Source: Armatimonadota bacterium (GTDB lineage Bacteria; Armatimonadota; UBA10988). From it: a stretch of DNA of 64,000 bases. Location: assembly GCA_016235455.1 (NCBI GenBank), contig JACRKZ010000012.1, positions 43,831 through 107,830 on the forward strand, given 5' to 3'. The stretch's first letter is position 1. Every line of letters begins with the position of its first letter. The notes beneath the pieces were generated by a model. That model did no database searches and was not told the DNA's origin. It was given only the letters and a program-made list of their open reading frames with translations. Positions 1-7,605 of this stretch are shown one piece after another. Position numbers and translations under genes: made by a program.

Positions 1-426
1 TCGCCACACCTTCTCGGGCACGAGCTTGTGCACCCGAACGATGCCGACCTCTTCGTAGTGCGAGCGGTTGAAGATGGTCACCTGGCCCTTGCCCGGTGTC
101 TCACGATGTACGCGCCACAGGAAGTCGTGGGCAGCCTCCACCGTCGACGGCACCTTGAAGCTGACCACGCTGGTGCCCTGCGTATTGAGTCCCTCGGACA
201 GCTTGTTGATGGCGCCGTCCTTGCCGCCGGCGTCCATGCCCTGCAGAACCACCAGCAGGCTGTGCGTGCTGGCGCCATACATCAGCTCCTGCAGCTCGGC
301 CAGCCGCTGATGCAGCTTGGCGGTCTCCTCGCGCGCGCCCTCCTTGTCCAGCCCGTCGGGCGGGCTGGTGTCGACATCGCGCAGGTCCAGCTTGGTCGAC
401 TCGGTCACGGCATGGACGTATCTCAT
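1..426 (-). CDS. ppk2: Polyphosphate kinase 2 family protein, 5' part (runs off window start)
   Basis: Absent from the ORF track; translated by hand from ATG 426 (GGAG RBS upstream): MRYVHAVTES...LLVVLQGMDAGGKDGAI...SFKVPS...HDFLWRVH...IFNRSHYEEV. These match the PPK2 Walker A (GxDxxGK) and NRSHY motifs. Confidence 0.93.
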   Translation of the reverse strand, partial: MRYVHAVTESTKLDLRDVDTSPPDGLDKEGAREETAKLHQRLAELQELMYGASTHSLLVVLQGMDAGGKDGAINKLSEGLNTQGTSVVSFKVPSTVEAAHDFLWRVHRETPGKGQVTIFNRSHYEEVGIVRVHKLVPEKVWR

Positions 427-517
427 GGCGCTGCTCCAGGACATCAGAATCGGCGTGCGCCGGCCGATTCCTCCGTGCCCGAGCAGGGCCGGCGAGGTAG
501 CCGGCGAACAACGGGCC

Positions 518-1342
518 ATGCCCCATCGCCGCCAGCACGACAACGAGCCCGTCTATCGTGAGCAACTCCGGTCCACCCGCTGGGAACAGCGGCGCCAGGC
601 GTTGCGCCTGCTCATCGTGCTGGACCCGCCCGATCTGCTCGATCTGCTCATCAACGCGCTCGGCGACCGGGCTCGTGGTGTGCGCCGCGTGGCCTCGGGC
701 GCGCTGGCCGGGCTGGGCTCACCGGCCTACCCGGCGCTGCTCGCGCGCATCGAAGACGCCCAGTCGGGTCCCTGGTGCACCGTCGTACTGGCCAGCACGT
801 TCGCCGGCCGCCAGGCGCTGGCGGCGCTGCCCGAGGCCGGACTGGCCTATTTGCGCCGCGCGCTGGCCTTGCCCGACCTGCACTCGGGCCATCTGCTGCA
901 TCTGACGCAGGCCCTGGCCATCGGTCCGATGCCCGCCGTGGGCGACCTCCTCCTGCCGCTGCTCGAGCACGAGTCTATCCGCGTGCGGGCCGCGGCGTGG
1001 CGGGCGTTGGTCAGCCGTGACGAGCGGCGCCTGCTGGCCTGGGCGGTGGCGCAGACCCGCTGGTCGGTGTTCACTGTGCCGGTGGTGCGGTGGCTCGGCG
1101 AGAGCGGCAGCATCGAGGCCATCGCGCCGCTGCGGCGGCTCTGTGGCCTGCGCGCCTGGCTGTCGGTGAGCGCGGTGGTCCGCGCCGCGGCCAAGGCCGC
1201 CCTGGCCCAGGTCATCGAGTCCACGCGCCACATCCCCGACGCGGCGCTGACCCATGCGGCGCCGCCCGGCACGGAGCCCGGCGCGGCCGCGCTCAGCCTG
1301 TGGGCCGAGGAGATGGCCGTGGACGACGAGGACGACGCGTAG
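518..1342 (+). CDS. HEAT/PBS-lyase repeat protein
   Basis: LLINALGDRARGVRRVASGALAGLG and LLPLLEHESIRVRAAAWRAL are HEAT-like repeats. Start moved to ATG 518 to avoid overlap with ppk2. Confidence 0.7.
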   Translation: MPHRRQHDNEPVYREQLRSTRWEQRRQALRLLIVLDPPDLLDLLINALGDRARGVRRVASGALAGLGSPAYPALLARIEDAQSGPWCTVVLASTFAGRQALAALPEAGLAYLRRALALPDLHSGHLLHLTQALAIGPMPAVGDLLLPLLEHESIRVRAAAWRALVSRDERRLLAWAVAQTRWSVFTVPVVRWLGESGSIEAIAPLRRLCGLRAWLSVSAVVRAAAKAALAQVIESTRHIPDAALTHAAPPGTEPGAAALSLWAEEMAVDDEDDA

Positions 1343-1455
1343 CCGCCCCCAAACACCGCCGGCCGGACCACGCCCACTTGGGATGAGCCGTCGCTCGTGG
1401 GTAGATCGTGGTGCCGGCCGTCGGCTGGACGAGTTGGAGTGAGGGAGGGCTGTTG

Positions 1456-1677
1456 CTAGCGCTCGGAGCTCCAACCTTTGGGTGCCGGCAGGACTGCCGA
1501 AGTGCCGCGCGCGGTGCGCGCCTGGCGGCTGGTCCCGCTGGCCGAGGCCTGGGCGAACTTGGCCGTCACCGGGCCGTTGGTCGTGCCACGCAGCAGCGCG
1601 AAGGCGCTACCGGCAACGAGCAACAGGGCGACGGGCAAGACCCAGACCGGAACACGTGACTTGGTGGTATGGCGCAT
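1456..1677 (-). CDS. Small membrane-anchored or secreted protein (73 aa)
   Basis: Starts 12 nt after the DUF1559 stop. Basic N-terminus followed by hydrophobic VPVWVLPVALLLVAGSAFALL. Confidence 0.6.
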   Translation of the reverse strand: MRHTTKSRVPVWVLPVALLLVAGSAFALLRGTTNGPVTAKFAQASASGTSRQARTARGTSAVLPAPKGWSSER

Positions 1678-1689
1678 GGTGTCTATCTC

Positions 1690-2460
1690 TTATTGGCCAT
1701 GGTGCATGTACGGGCTGCAGGGATAGCCCGCGTAGGCACCTTCGGTGCTGTCCAAACTGTTCGCGTAGAAGTCGTCGCCACCGGCCCACTTGACGTGGCC
1801 GTCGCAGTAGCCCAGGTTGAACCCGCCCGTGTGGCGGAAGAACGCCGCCGGGTTGGGTGACGGGTCGAACCCGCAGGTCGCGGCCGAGCCGAAGGCGAAG
1901 CCGGGCACCGGGTCGAAGGTGAAGTAGTAGCCCTCCACCAGCAACGCGGCGGCACTGGGATGGACGCTCTGCTCGGGCCCGGCGTAGTGCCCCCACGGCG
2001 GCGCGGAGCCGGGCGCAAAGGACGCCGAGCCGGTGGGGAAGCCGGCGAACATGGCCGTGCCCCACCAGTTGTAGTAGTCGAACGGCAGCCAGCTGGCCCA
2101 GCAGTAGTTGGCGGCCACGCGATACGGTCCGCCGACGCCATCGTACGCGGCCGGGTCGCGCGGGGCGCTGGGACACAGGAAGACCTGCTGGTTCTTCACG
2201 TACGGGCCGGCCAGCTCCATCCAAGAGGCGTAGCCCACGCCGGACGGCGTGGCCCAGTCGGGCGCCCACAACTCGTCGTAGTCGGCCGAGTACATGCGCA
2301 CACCGGTGAGCACCTGCTTGAGGTTCGAGCTGCATGAGCTCTGACGCGCCTTCTCGCGGGCCTTGGCGAAGACCGGAAAGAGGATCGCCGCCAGGATCGC
2401 GATGATCGCGATGACCACCAGCAGCTCGATGAGCGTGAAACCGTGCTGTCGCCGACGCAT
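1690..2460 (-). CDS. DUF1559 / prepilin-type N-terminal cleavage-methylation protein with H-X9-DG C-terminal motif
   Basis: [43 protein letters not shown] at the N-terminus; [17 protein letters not shown] at the C-terminus; GGAGG RBS. Confidence 0.95.
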   Translation of the reverse strand: MRRRQHGFTLIELLVVIAIIAILAAILFPVFAKAREKARQSSCSSNLKQVLTGVRMYSADYDELWAPDWATPSGVGYASWMELAGPYVKNQQVFLCPSAPRDPAAYDGVGGPYRVAANYCWASWLPFDYYNWWGTAMFAGFPTGSASFAPGSAPPWGHYAGPEQSVHPSAAALLVEGYYFTFDPVPGFAFGSAATCGFDPSPNPAAFFRHTGGFNLGYCDGHVKWAGGDDFYANSLDSTEGAYAGYPCSPYMHHGQ

Positions 2461-2694
2461 GGGAGTTCAACCTCCGTGGCGTCTATCGGCCGATGTCACA
2501 CGCGCTTAAGGTTAAAATCCCCCACGACCGGCCTTATGTTGCCCCAGCCGGGTCCGCCGACTCGGCTCGCCACCCGGGTTCCAGAACCGATCCCGCTGCC
2601 CAGGCGGCGCGGGTTGGCAATGATGAGCACGAACGGCGTTCGGCCCGACTCGGCCCGACTCACGACGGCTTATCCTGAAACCCGCGCCGGGCGC

Positions 2695-2724
2695 TTGATC
2701 CGGGGTACCCGGGCGCTATATAAC
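2695..2724 (+). promoter_or_regulatory. Candidate sigma70-type promoter
   Basis: TTGATC (2695-2700) followed 16-18 nt later by TATATAAC, an AT-rich patch in GC-rich DNA. Confidence 0.4.
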
Positions 2725-2983
2725 GGTAATTGGCTATTTCAGCGGCCGACTTGTCGGCCGTTGGGAAAGCGCCGCAATGACGCGGCGCGCCATGGCCCGT
2801 CCGCCTTGGACAGCGGAGCGGGTCATTGGTTGCCACACGAGCCGCGACGATCGACGGATCGGCGAGGTTCTGGACGGGGGCTCACCGACGAGCCCAAGCG
2901 CGGTCGCGTCGCAAGGTGGTTGCGCCGGCCGCAGGTGCGAACCGCTGGGAAACTCCCGGCGCAGCTCTGAGGGAGGGCTGAAC

Positions 2984-3166
2984 ATGAAGAAACACGCCAG
3001 GCGCGTGCTGGTGCTGCTCGTCGTCGCCATGTCGGCCATCTTGGCCGGCTGTGGTGCCGGTGCGACGAGCGCGCAGGGCGGACGGCTGTACATCATCGGT
3101 ATCGAGGCCAAGCCGACGACCGGCTCGCCCACGCCGTTGCCTCCTCCTCCTCCGTCTACTCCGTAA
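2984..3166 (+). CDS. Small proline-tailed lipoprotein (60 aa)
   Basis: GGGAGG RBS; MKKHARR n-region, hydrophobic core and LAGC lipobox; C-terminal PTPLPPPPPSTP. Confidence 0.7.
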   Translation: MKKHARRVLVLLVVAMSAILAGCGAGATSAQGGRLYIIGIEAKPTTGSPTPLPPPPPSTP

Positions 3167-3170
3167 CTCC

Positions 3171-3210
3171 TCGGTGGGCTGGCCAGCTCACGGGCCGGCC
3201 AGCCCATCGA
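3171..3210. terminator. GC-rich hairpin after the lipoprotein gene (possible terminator or stabiliser)
   Basis: TCGGTGGGCTGGCC ... GGCCAGCCCATCGA form a 14-bp stem (one G-U) 4 nt after the stop. No U-tract. Confidence 0.4.
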
Positions 3211-3286
3211 AGAGAGTCATCAGCTCGCAGGAGCGTGAAGGAGTCTCTAGCGCGATGGTGTATGATCAACGACCAAGGATGGGACG

Positions 3287-3925
3287 TTGATGAGTACGGC
3301 GCCAAGGGACCAACAACTAGAGACCATCATCCGCCTGTCGTTCGTGGCTGAGTTCCGCGATTCCGATACCGGCAACCACCTACAGCGCGTCAGCCTCCTG
3401 GCCAAGCTGCTGGCCGAGGAACTGGGACTCGCCGCCGCCGAGGCGACGCTCATCGCCATGGCTACGCCGATGCACGACATCGGCAAGGTCGCCATCCCCG
3501 ACGATATTCTGCTCAAGCCGGGCCGACTGACGCCCGACGAGCGCCGGGTCATGCAGGACCATACCGTCATCGGCATGCGTCTGCTGGCCGGCAGCGAGGC
3601 CGAACTGCTCAAGACGGCCTGCCGCATCACCCGCGGGCACCACGAGCACTGGGACGGCCGCGGCTATCCCGACGGTATCGGCGGCGAAGACATCCCCATC
3701 GAGGCGCGCATCGTGGCGCTGGTGGACGTCTACGACGCGCTGGTCACCAAGCGCATCTACAAGCCGGCCGCCTCGCACGAGGAGGCCGCCGAGATCCTGC
3801 GCAGCGCCAGCGGCAGCCAGTTCGACCCCGCGGTCGTGGATGCGTTCTTCCGCGTCGAGGATCGCGTGCTGGCCATTATGAGCGAGTACGGCGAAGACGA
3901 CGAAGACGACGGCTGGACAGTCTAG
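3287..3925 (+). CDS. Stand-alone HD-GYP domain protein (c-di-GMP phosphodiesterase family)
   Basis: DTGNHLQRV, MHDIGK, HHEHWDGRGYPDG, ARIVALVDVYDAL, QFDP. Confidence 0.92.
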   Translation: MMSTAPRDQQLETIIRLSFVAEFRDSDTGNHLQRVSLLAKLLAEELGLAAAEATLIAMATPMHDIGKVAIPDDILLKPGRLTPDERRVMQDHTVIGMRLLAGSEAELLKTACRITRGHHEHWDGRGYPDGIGGEDIPIEARIVALVDVYDALVTKRIYKPAASHEEAAEILRSASGSQFDPAVVDAFFRVEDRVLAIMSEYGEDDEDDGWTV

Positions 3926-3954
3926 CCGGTCGGATCGGGGTGTGGGAGAAACCA

Positions 3955-5058
3955 ATGCGCGTGCGCGTCTTGTGTCTCGTTTCGCTGGCGTTGGCGTTGG
4001 GTGGCTGTGAGCCGGTCCGCATCGGCCTGACGGTGCACTCGCCCAATCGCGTCGACGCGACGCTCACGGCCACTGTCGGTGCCGCCGACCGCGAGTTGGC
4101 CGAGGCCACGCTGCGGCGCCTGGCGCCCGGCAAATGGGACCTGGACGCGACGCCCGGCGCCGACTCCGTGCGCCTGGAACTCGAGCGCACGTTCGACCCC
4201 AAGGTTGACCCCGAGATCAAGGTGACGCGCACCGAGGGCGGCTTCCCCTGGGTCCGCCACGCCACCACGGTGGCCGGCGAGTTCACGCTGCCGGCGCTCC
4301 AGCCCGAGCATCTGCTGAGCAAGGTGCTGGCCGACATCCCGCTTGAGCTGTCCGTCGTCCTGCCCGGCCGAGTCACCCAGGTCAAGGGCGGCAAGGCGCA
4401 CGGCGGCACCGCACTCTTCGCCACCAAGCTGTCCGAGCTCGAAGGCAAGAAGATGGCCTTCGAGGCCACGGCCGTCGGCTGGCGCCGCGGCGCCGTGGGT
4501 GCCTGGGGCGTCATTCTGCTGGTCATGTTGTGGGTACTGTGGCCCTGGATCATGCCGCCGCCCGAAGTCCGCGCCCGCCGCCGCGAGGCCGCCGCGCAAC
4601 GTGCCGCCCAGCGGGCCGCCGTGCGCCAGGCGCGCGCCGCCAGTCAGGCCGAGCGCGATGCTAAGAACGCCGAGAAGGCCGCCAAACGCGCCGAAGTCGC
4701 CGCTGCGCGCGCCGAGAAGGATGCCGCCAAGGCCGCCAAGCGCGCTGAGAAGGACGCCGCCCGCCAGGTTGCCAAGCAGGCCGACGAAGCCAAGGCGGTG
4801 GCCGAAGCCGACGCCGCCGTCGAGCAGGTCGCCGAAGTGGCCCAGCCGACCCGTCGGCGCGGGCTGTTCGGCCGGCGCAAGGGCCAAGCCGAGCCGGTCG
4901 CGGAACCGGTGGCCGACGTGGTGGCCGAGCCGATCGCCGAACCCGTGGCCGACGTCGTGGTCGAGCCGACGCCCGAGCCCGAGATCGTCGACGAGCCCGA
5001 ACCGCGTGCGGTCGAGCCCGAGGCGCCGGCCGGTGACGGCGGCGAGCCCAGCCCTTAG
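3955..5058 (+). CDS. Lipoprotein with a TM segment and Ala/Lys/Glu- and Pro/Glu-rich tail
   Basis: GGAG RBS before ATG 3955; LALGGC lipobox; TM GAWGVILLVMLWVLWPW; AEKDAAKAAK and AEPVAEPVADVV repeats. Confidence 0.8.
   Translation: MRVRVLCLVSLALALGGCEPVRIGLTVHSPNRVDATLTATVGAADRELAEATLRRLAPGKWDLDATPGADSVRLELERTFDPKVDPEIKVTRTEGGFPWVRHATTVAGEFTLPALQPEHLLSKVLADIPLELSVVLPGRVTQVKGGKAHGGTALFATKLSELEGKKMAFEATAVGWRRGAVGAWGVILLVMLWVLWPWIMPPPEVRARRREAAAQRAAQRAAVRQARAASQAERDAKNAEKAAKRAEVAAARAEKDAAKAAKRAEKDAARQVAKQADEAKAVAEADAAVEQVAEVAQPTRRRGLFGRRKGQAEPVAEPVADVVAEPIAEPVADVVVEPTPEPEIVDEPEPRAVEPEAPAGDGGEPSP
4888..4959 (+). repeat. Intragenic 36-bp imperfect tandem repeat (2 copies)
   Basis: GCCGAGCCGGTCGCGGAACCGGTGGCCGACGTGGTG followed by GCCGAGCCGATCGCCGAACCCGTGGCCGACGTCGTG. 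Confidence 0.75.
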
Positions 5059-5085
5059 CCGGGAACGGCGGACCAGCATGGCGCG

Positions 5086-7560
5086 CTAGCCGGGCGATGC
5101 TCGGTCCATCAACCAGGCACGCCAGGCCCACGGCCTCAGCCGGGCATCAGTGGACTCTGGCTTGAGTGGCGATTCCACCAGGTCACACGGCGTGGCTTGC
5201 CAGCCGGGCGGCGCCATGCCGAACCGACCGTCGACCGTCCCGCTCGTGGGATTCCACAGCCGCGCCACCAGCTTGCCGGGCTGCGTCTCCGCGGGCTTGA
5301 GCGCCCAGACGACCGCTCGCGGGTCGCGAGGTGCGCCGAGGCTGTACGTCGTCGCCGGCAGGCGGCCCAGGCTCTGCCCCACCCGCACCGCCAGGAACGG
5401 GTTCTGATGTTCGAGGCTGAAGCGCAGTGCATCGCTGGGCTCGGCCCGGCCGTGTGCCCACAACGCGAAGCGCTGCAGGAACCGTGTTTCGCCGCCCTGG
5501 TTCCTGAGACCCAGGCCTGGCCCGTCCACCTGGCCGCCGGCCAGCACCGAGAGCAGCGGTGTGCGCGTATCGAGCTGCCCGACTGTGCTGTGGCCCAGGC
5601 GGAAGAACGACAGGTCGGCGTTGGACAGCGTGAGCCCGTGGTCGGCGCTCGATGCATCGACGAAGTGGTTCAGCGTCAGCCAGTCGTAACGGGCGTTGCG
5701 CGGTGAGTAGTGCCCGCCCTCGCCGCTCAGCTTGGCGGTCAGGATGGCGCCGAGCTCCTCGTGCCGCACGGTGAAGTCGTCCAGGTTCAGCCCGAAGCCC
5801 CAGGTCAGCGTCTGGCCGAAGTTCTGCTCGACGCGGCACTCGATGGCGACGCGTGGCGAGCCCGCGGTGAGCGTGACCCGCGTGGTGTGGCGCACCGGCT
5901 GGTCGGCGGTGGACAACAGCGTGGCGGACAGCGGGCCGGCCTCCTCGACGCTGATCGTGCCACCGCTGGGCCCCAGGTCGCACAGGGCGCGACCGTCGAC
6001 GGCGCGCACCGCCTCGCGGCCGCTGGCCCGGTCGATCAGGCTGGTGATCGCGCCGTTGGGCGCCAGCGTCACGGCCACCAGGCCGTTGTCGAGGCATGCG
6101 CCATCGACGCGCACCGGCTCGGCCACCAACGGCGCGCGGCCGGGCCGCAGGGCGACCACGACGTAGCCCAGCGGCGGCACCGTCAGGCGCACGCGCAAGC
6201 GATCGCCGAGGCGCTGGCTCGGCAGCGGCCGGGCGTCACGCAGGTCGACGGCGATGCGTGCGTCGCCAGCCGGCAGCGGCAGGTCGACCACATCGGTGCG
6301 CGACCAGCTCAGCGCATTGACCACGGCATACCGCGGCTCAGCCGATGGCCCGCCGGCGACGGCGTTGCCCAGCCGGCCGCGTCCGGCCTCCTCGACGGCG
6401 GCCACATGCCGGTCGACCCGGTCGGCGAGGCTCCGCTGCCAGGCGGTCCGCACCTCACGCGAGACCGGCCCATCGGCGGTCCAGTCGTGGTCCCAGTAGA
6501 GCCCGAGCGCTTCGTTGGCGGCCCACCGCGTGTCACTCGCGGGGTCGGTGTCGCCCGCGCCGGCCGACGTGGCCAGGGCCAGCATGAACTCAGCGCCGCG
6601 CAGTCGTTCGACCGCGCGGCGCACGCGCGAAGTGGTCTCCATCAGCGAGCAGCTGTAGGTGTCCCACTCGTTGCCGAAACTGGCGGTGACGCTCGGCAGC
6701 TGGCCGCCAAGCGACTGCTCCACCGCCTGGAAGTAGTCCAGCTGGTTGGACACGACCACGCGGCAGGTGTCTGTCGTTTTGGCTCGCGCGGCCTGAAGGA
6801 TGGCGTCGTTGGTGGTGCTCAGGTCGTCCCAACCCTGGCCGAACAGCCCGATGATCGGGTACGGATGGCGGCGGCGGAACTCGGGATCGCCGAGCACGAA
6901 GTCGATGGCCTCGGCCGGCCGGCGTGCTTCGGCATAGCCGCCGACCATGGCGTTGTCGCGCAGCATGGAGTACCACTTGCACAGCACCCGGCTGCCGTCG
7001 AGCCCGGTCCACCAGAACACCTCATGCTCGCGGTCGCCAGGCCGATCCATGCGGCTCGCGCAGCCGCAGATGCCGCGCCAGGTGTAGCGGATGCCCGATC
7101 CTGCCCAGAGCGTGGCCAGGCCGAGCGGTTGGGTCTGATTCTCCATGGCCACACCCAGCACCATGGGCAGGCTGTACTGCTGCCGCAGCCGCGCGCCGTC
7201 GTACAGGCCGCGCAGCACGGCCTCGGTGGGCATGCCGCCGTAGGTCGAGCAGAGCGTGGTCAGCGGCACGCTGATGTGGCCGTCGCGCACTCGCGCCAGC
7301 AGGCGCTCGAACGCGGCGGGCGGCCGCGCGCGCTCGTACTCGCGCAGCCAGAAGGCACCGTCGACGCAGAACCGCGCCTGCAAGTCGCTCGGCTCGCCAG
7401 CGGTCTGATCGATGCGGTCCAGCCACCAGTCGAGCATCTCGCAGAACGCCTGCCGGTAGCGCTCGCCGTCCGCCGTCCAGTAGTAGTCGGTGTGGTCGTC
7501 GGGCGCGACGTAGATGGTCGTCGGGCCGGCCACAAGACCCAGCGCCAGCATCCAGACCAT
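5086..7560 (-). CDS. Glycoside hydrolase family 38-like (alpha-mannosidase-like) protein
   Basis: IYVAPDDHTDYYW (HxD-like metal site), YAVVNALSWSRTDVV, VPPLGYVVV, LDNGLVAVTL, LVARLWN. GGAG RBS before ATG 7560. Confidence 0.8.
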   Translation of the reverse strand: MVWMLALGLVAGPTTIYVAPDDHTDYYWTADGERYRQAFCEMLDWWLDRIDQTAGEPSDLQARFCVDGAFWLREYERARPPAAFERLLARVRDGHISVPLTTLCSTYGGMPTEAVLRGLYDGARLRQQYSLPMVLGVAMENQTQPLGLATLWAGSGIRYTWRGICGCASRMDRPGDREHEVFWWTGLDGSRVLCKWYSMLRDNAMVGGYAEARRPAEAIDFVLGDPEFRRRHPYPIIGLFGQGWDDLSTTNDAILQAARAKTTDTCRVVVSNQLDYFQAVEQSLGGQLPSVTASFGNEWDTYSCSLMETTSRVRRAVERLRGAEFMLALATSAGAGDTDPASDTRWAANEALGLYWDHDWTADGPVSREVRTAWQRSLADRVDRHVAAVEEAGRGRLGNAVAGGPSAEPRYAVVNALSWSRTDVVDLPLPAGDARIAVDLRDARPLPSQRLGDRLRVRLTVPPLGYVVVALRPGRAPLVAEPVRVDGACLDNGLVAVTLAPNGAITSLIDRASGREAVRAVDGRALCDLGPSGGTISVEEAGPLSATLLSTADQPVRHTTRVTLTAGSPRVAIECRVEQNFGQTLTWGFGLNLDDFTVRHEELGAILTAKLSGEGGHYSPRNARYDWLTLNHFVDASSADHGLTLSNADLSFFRLGHSTVGQLDTRTPLLSVLAGGQVDGPGLGLRNQGGETRFLQRFALWAHGRAEPSDALRFSLEHQNPFLAVRVGQSLGRLPATTYSLGAPRDPRAVVWALKPAETQPGKLVARLWNPTSGTVDGRFGMAPPGWQATPCDLVESPLKPESTDARLRPWAWRAWLMDRASPG

Positions 7561-7605
7561 GGTCTGCTCCAAACGGCGCGAGCGAGGGCGCCCGCGCTCC
7601 GGTCG

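Noticed and set aside
28-565. ORF-track calls 28..561 (+) and 101..565 (-)
   Set aside because: The real gene is ppk2 in another minus-strand frame (1-426).
1343-1455. Imperfect hairpin between convergent genes
   Set aside because: Weak pairing at this GC content and no U-tract; not distinguishable from chance.
2930-2975. c-di-GMP-I riboswitch (GCGAACC...GAAA...CGCAGC resemblance near the HD-GYP gene)
   Set aside because: Lacks the GCAAA motifs and the second stem of the consensus; kept only as an unassigned structured leader.
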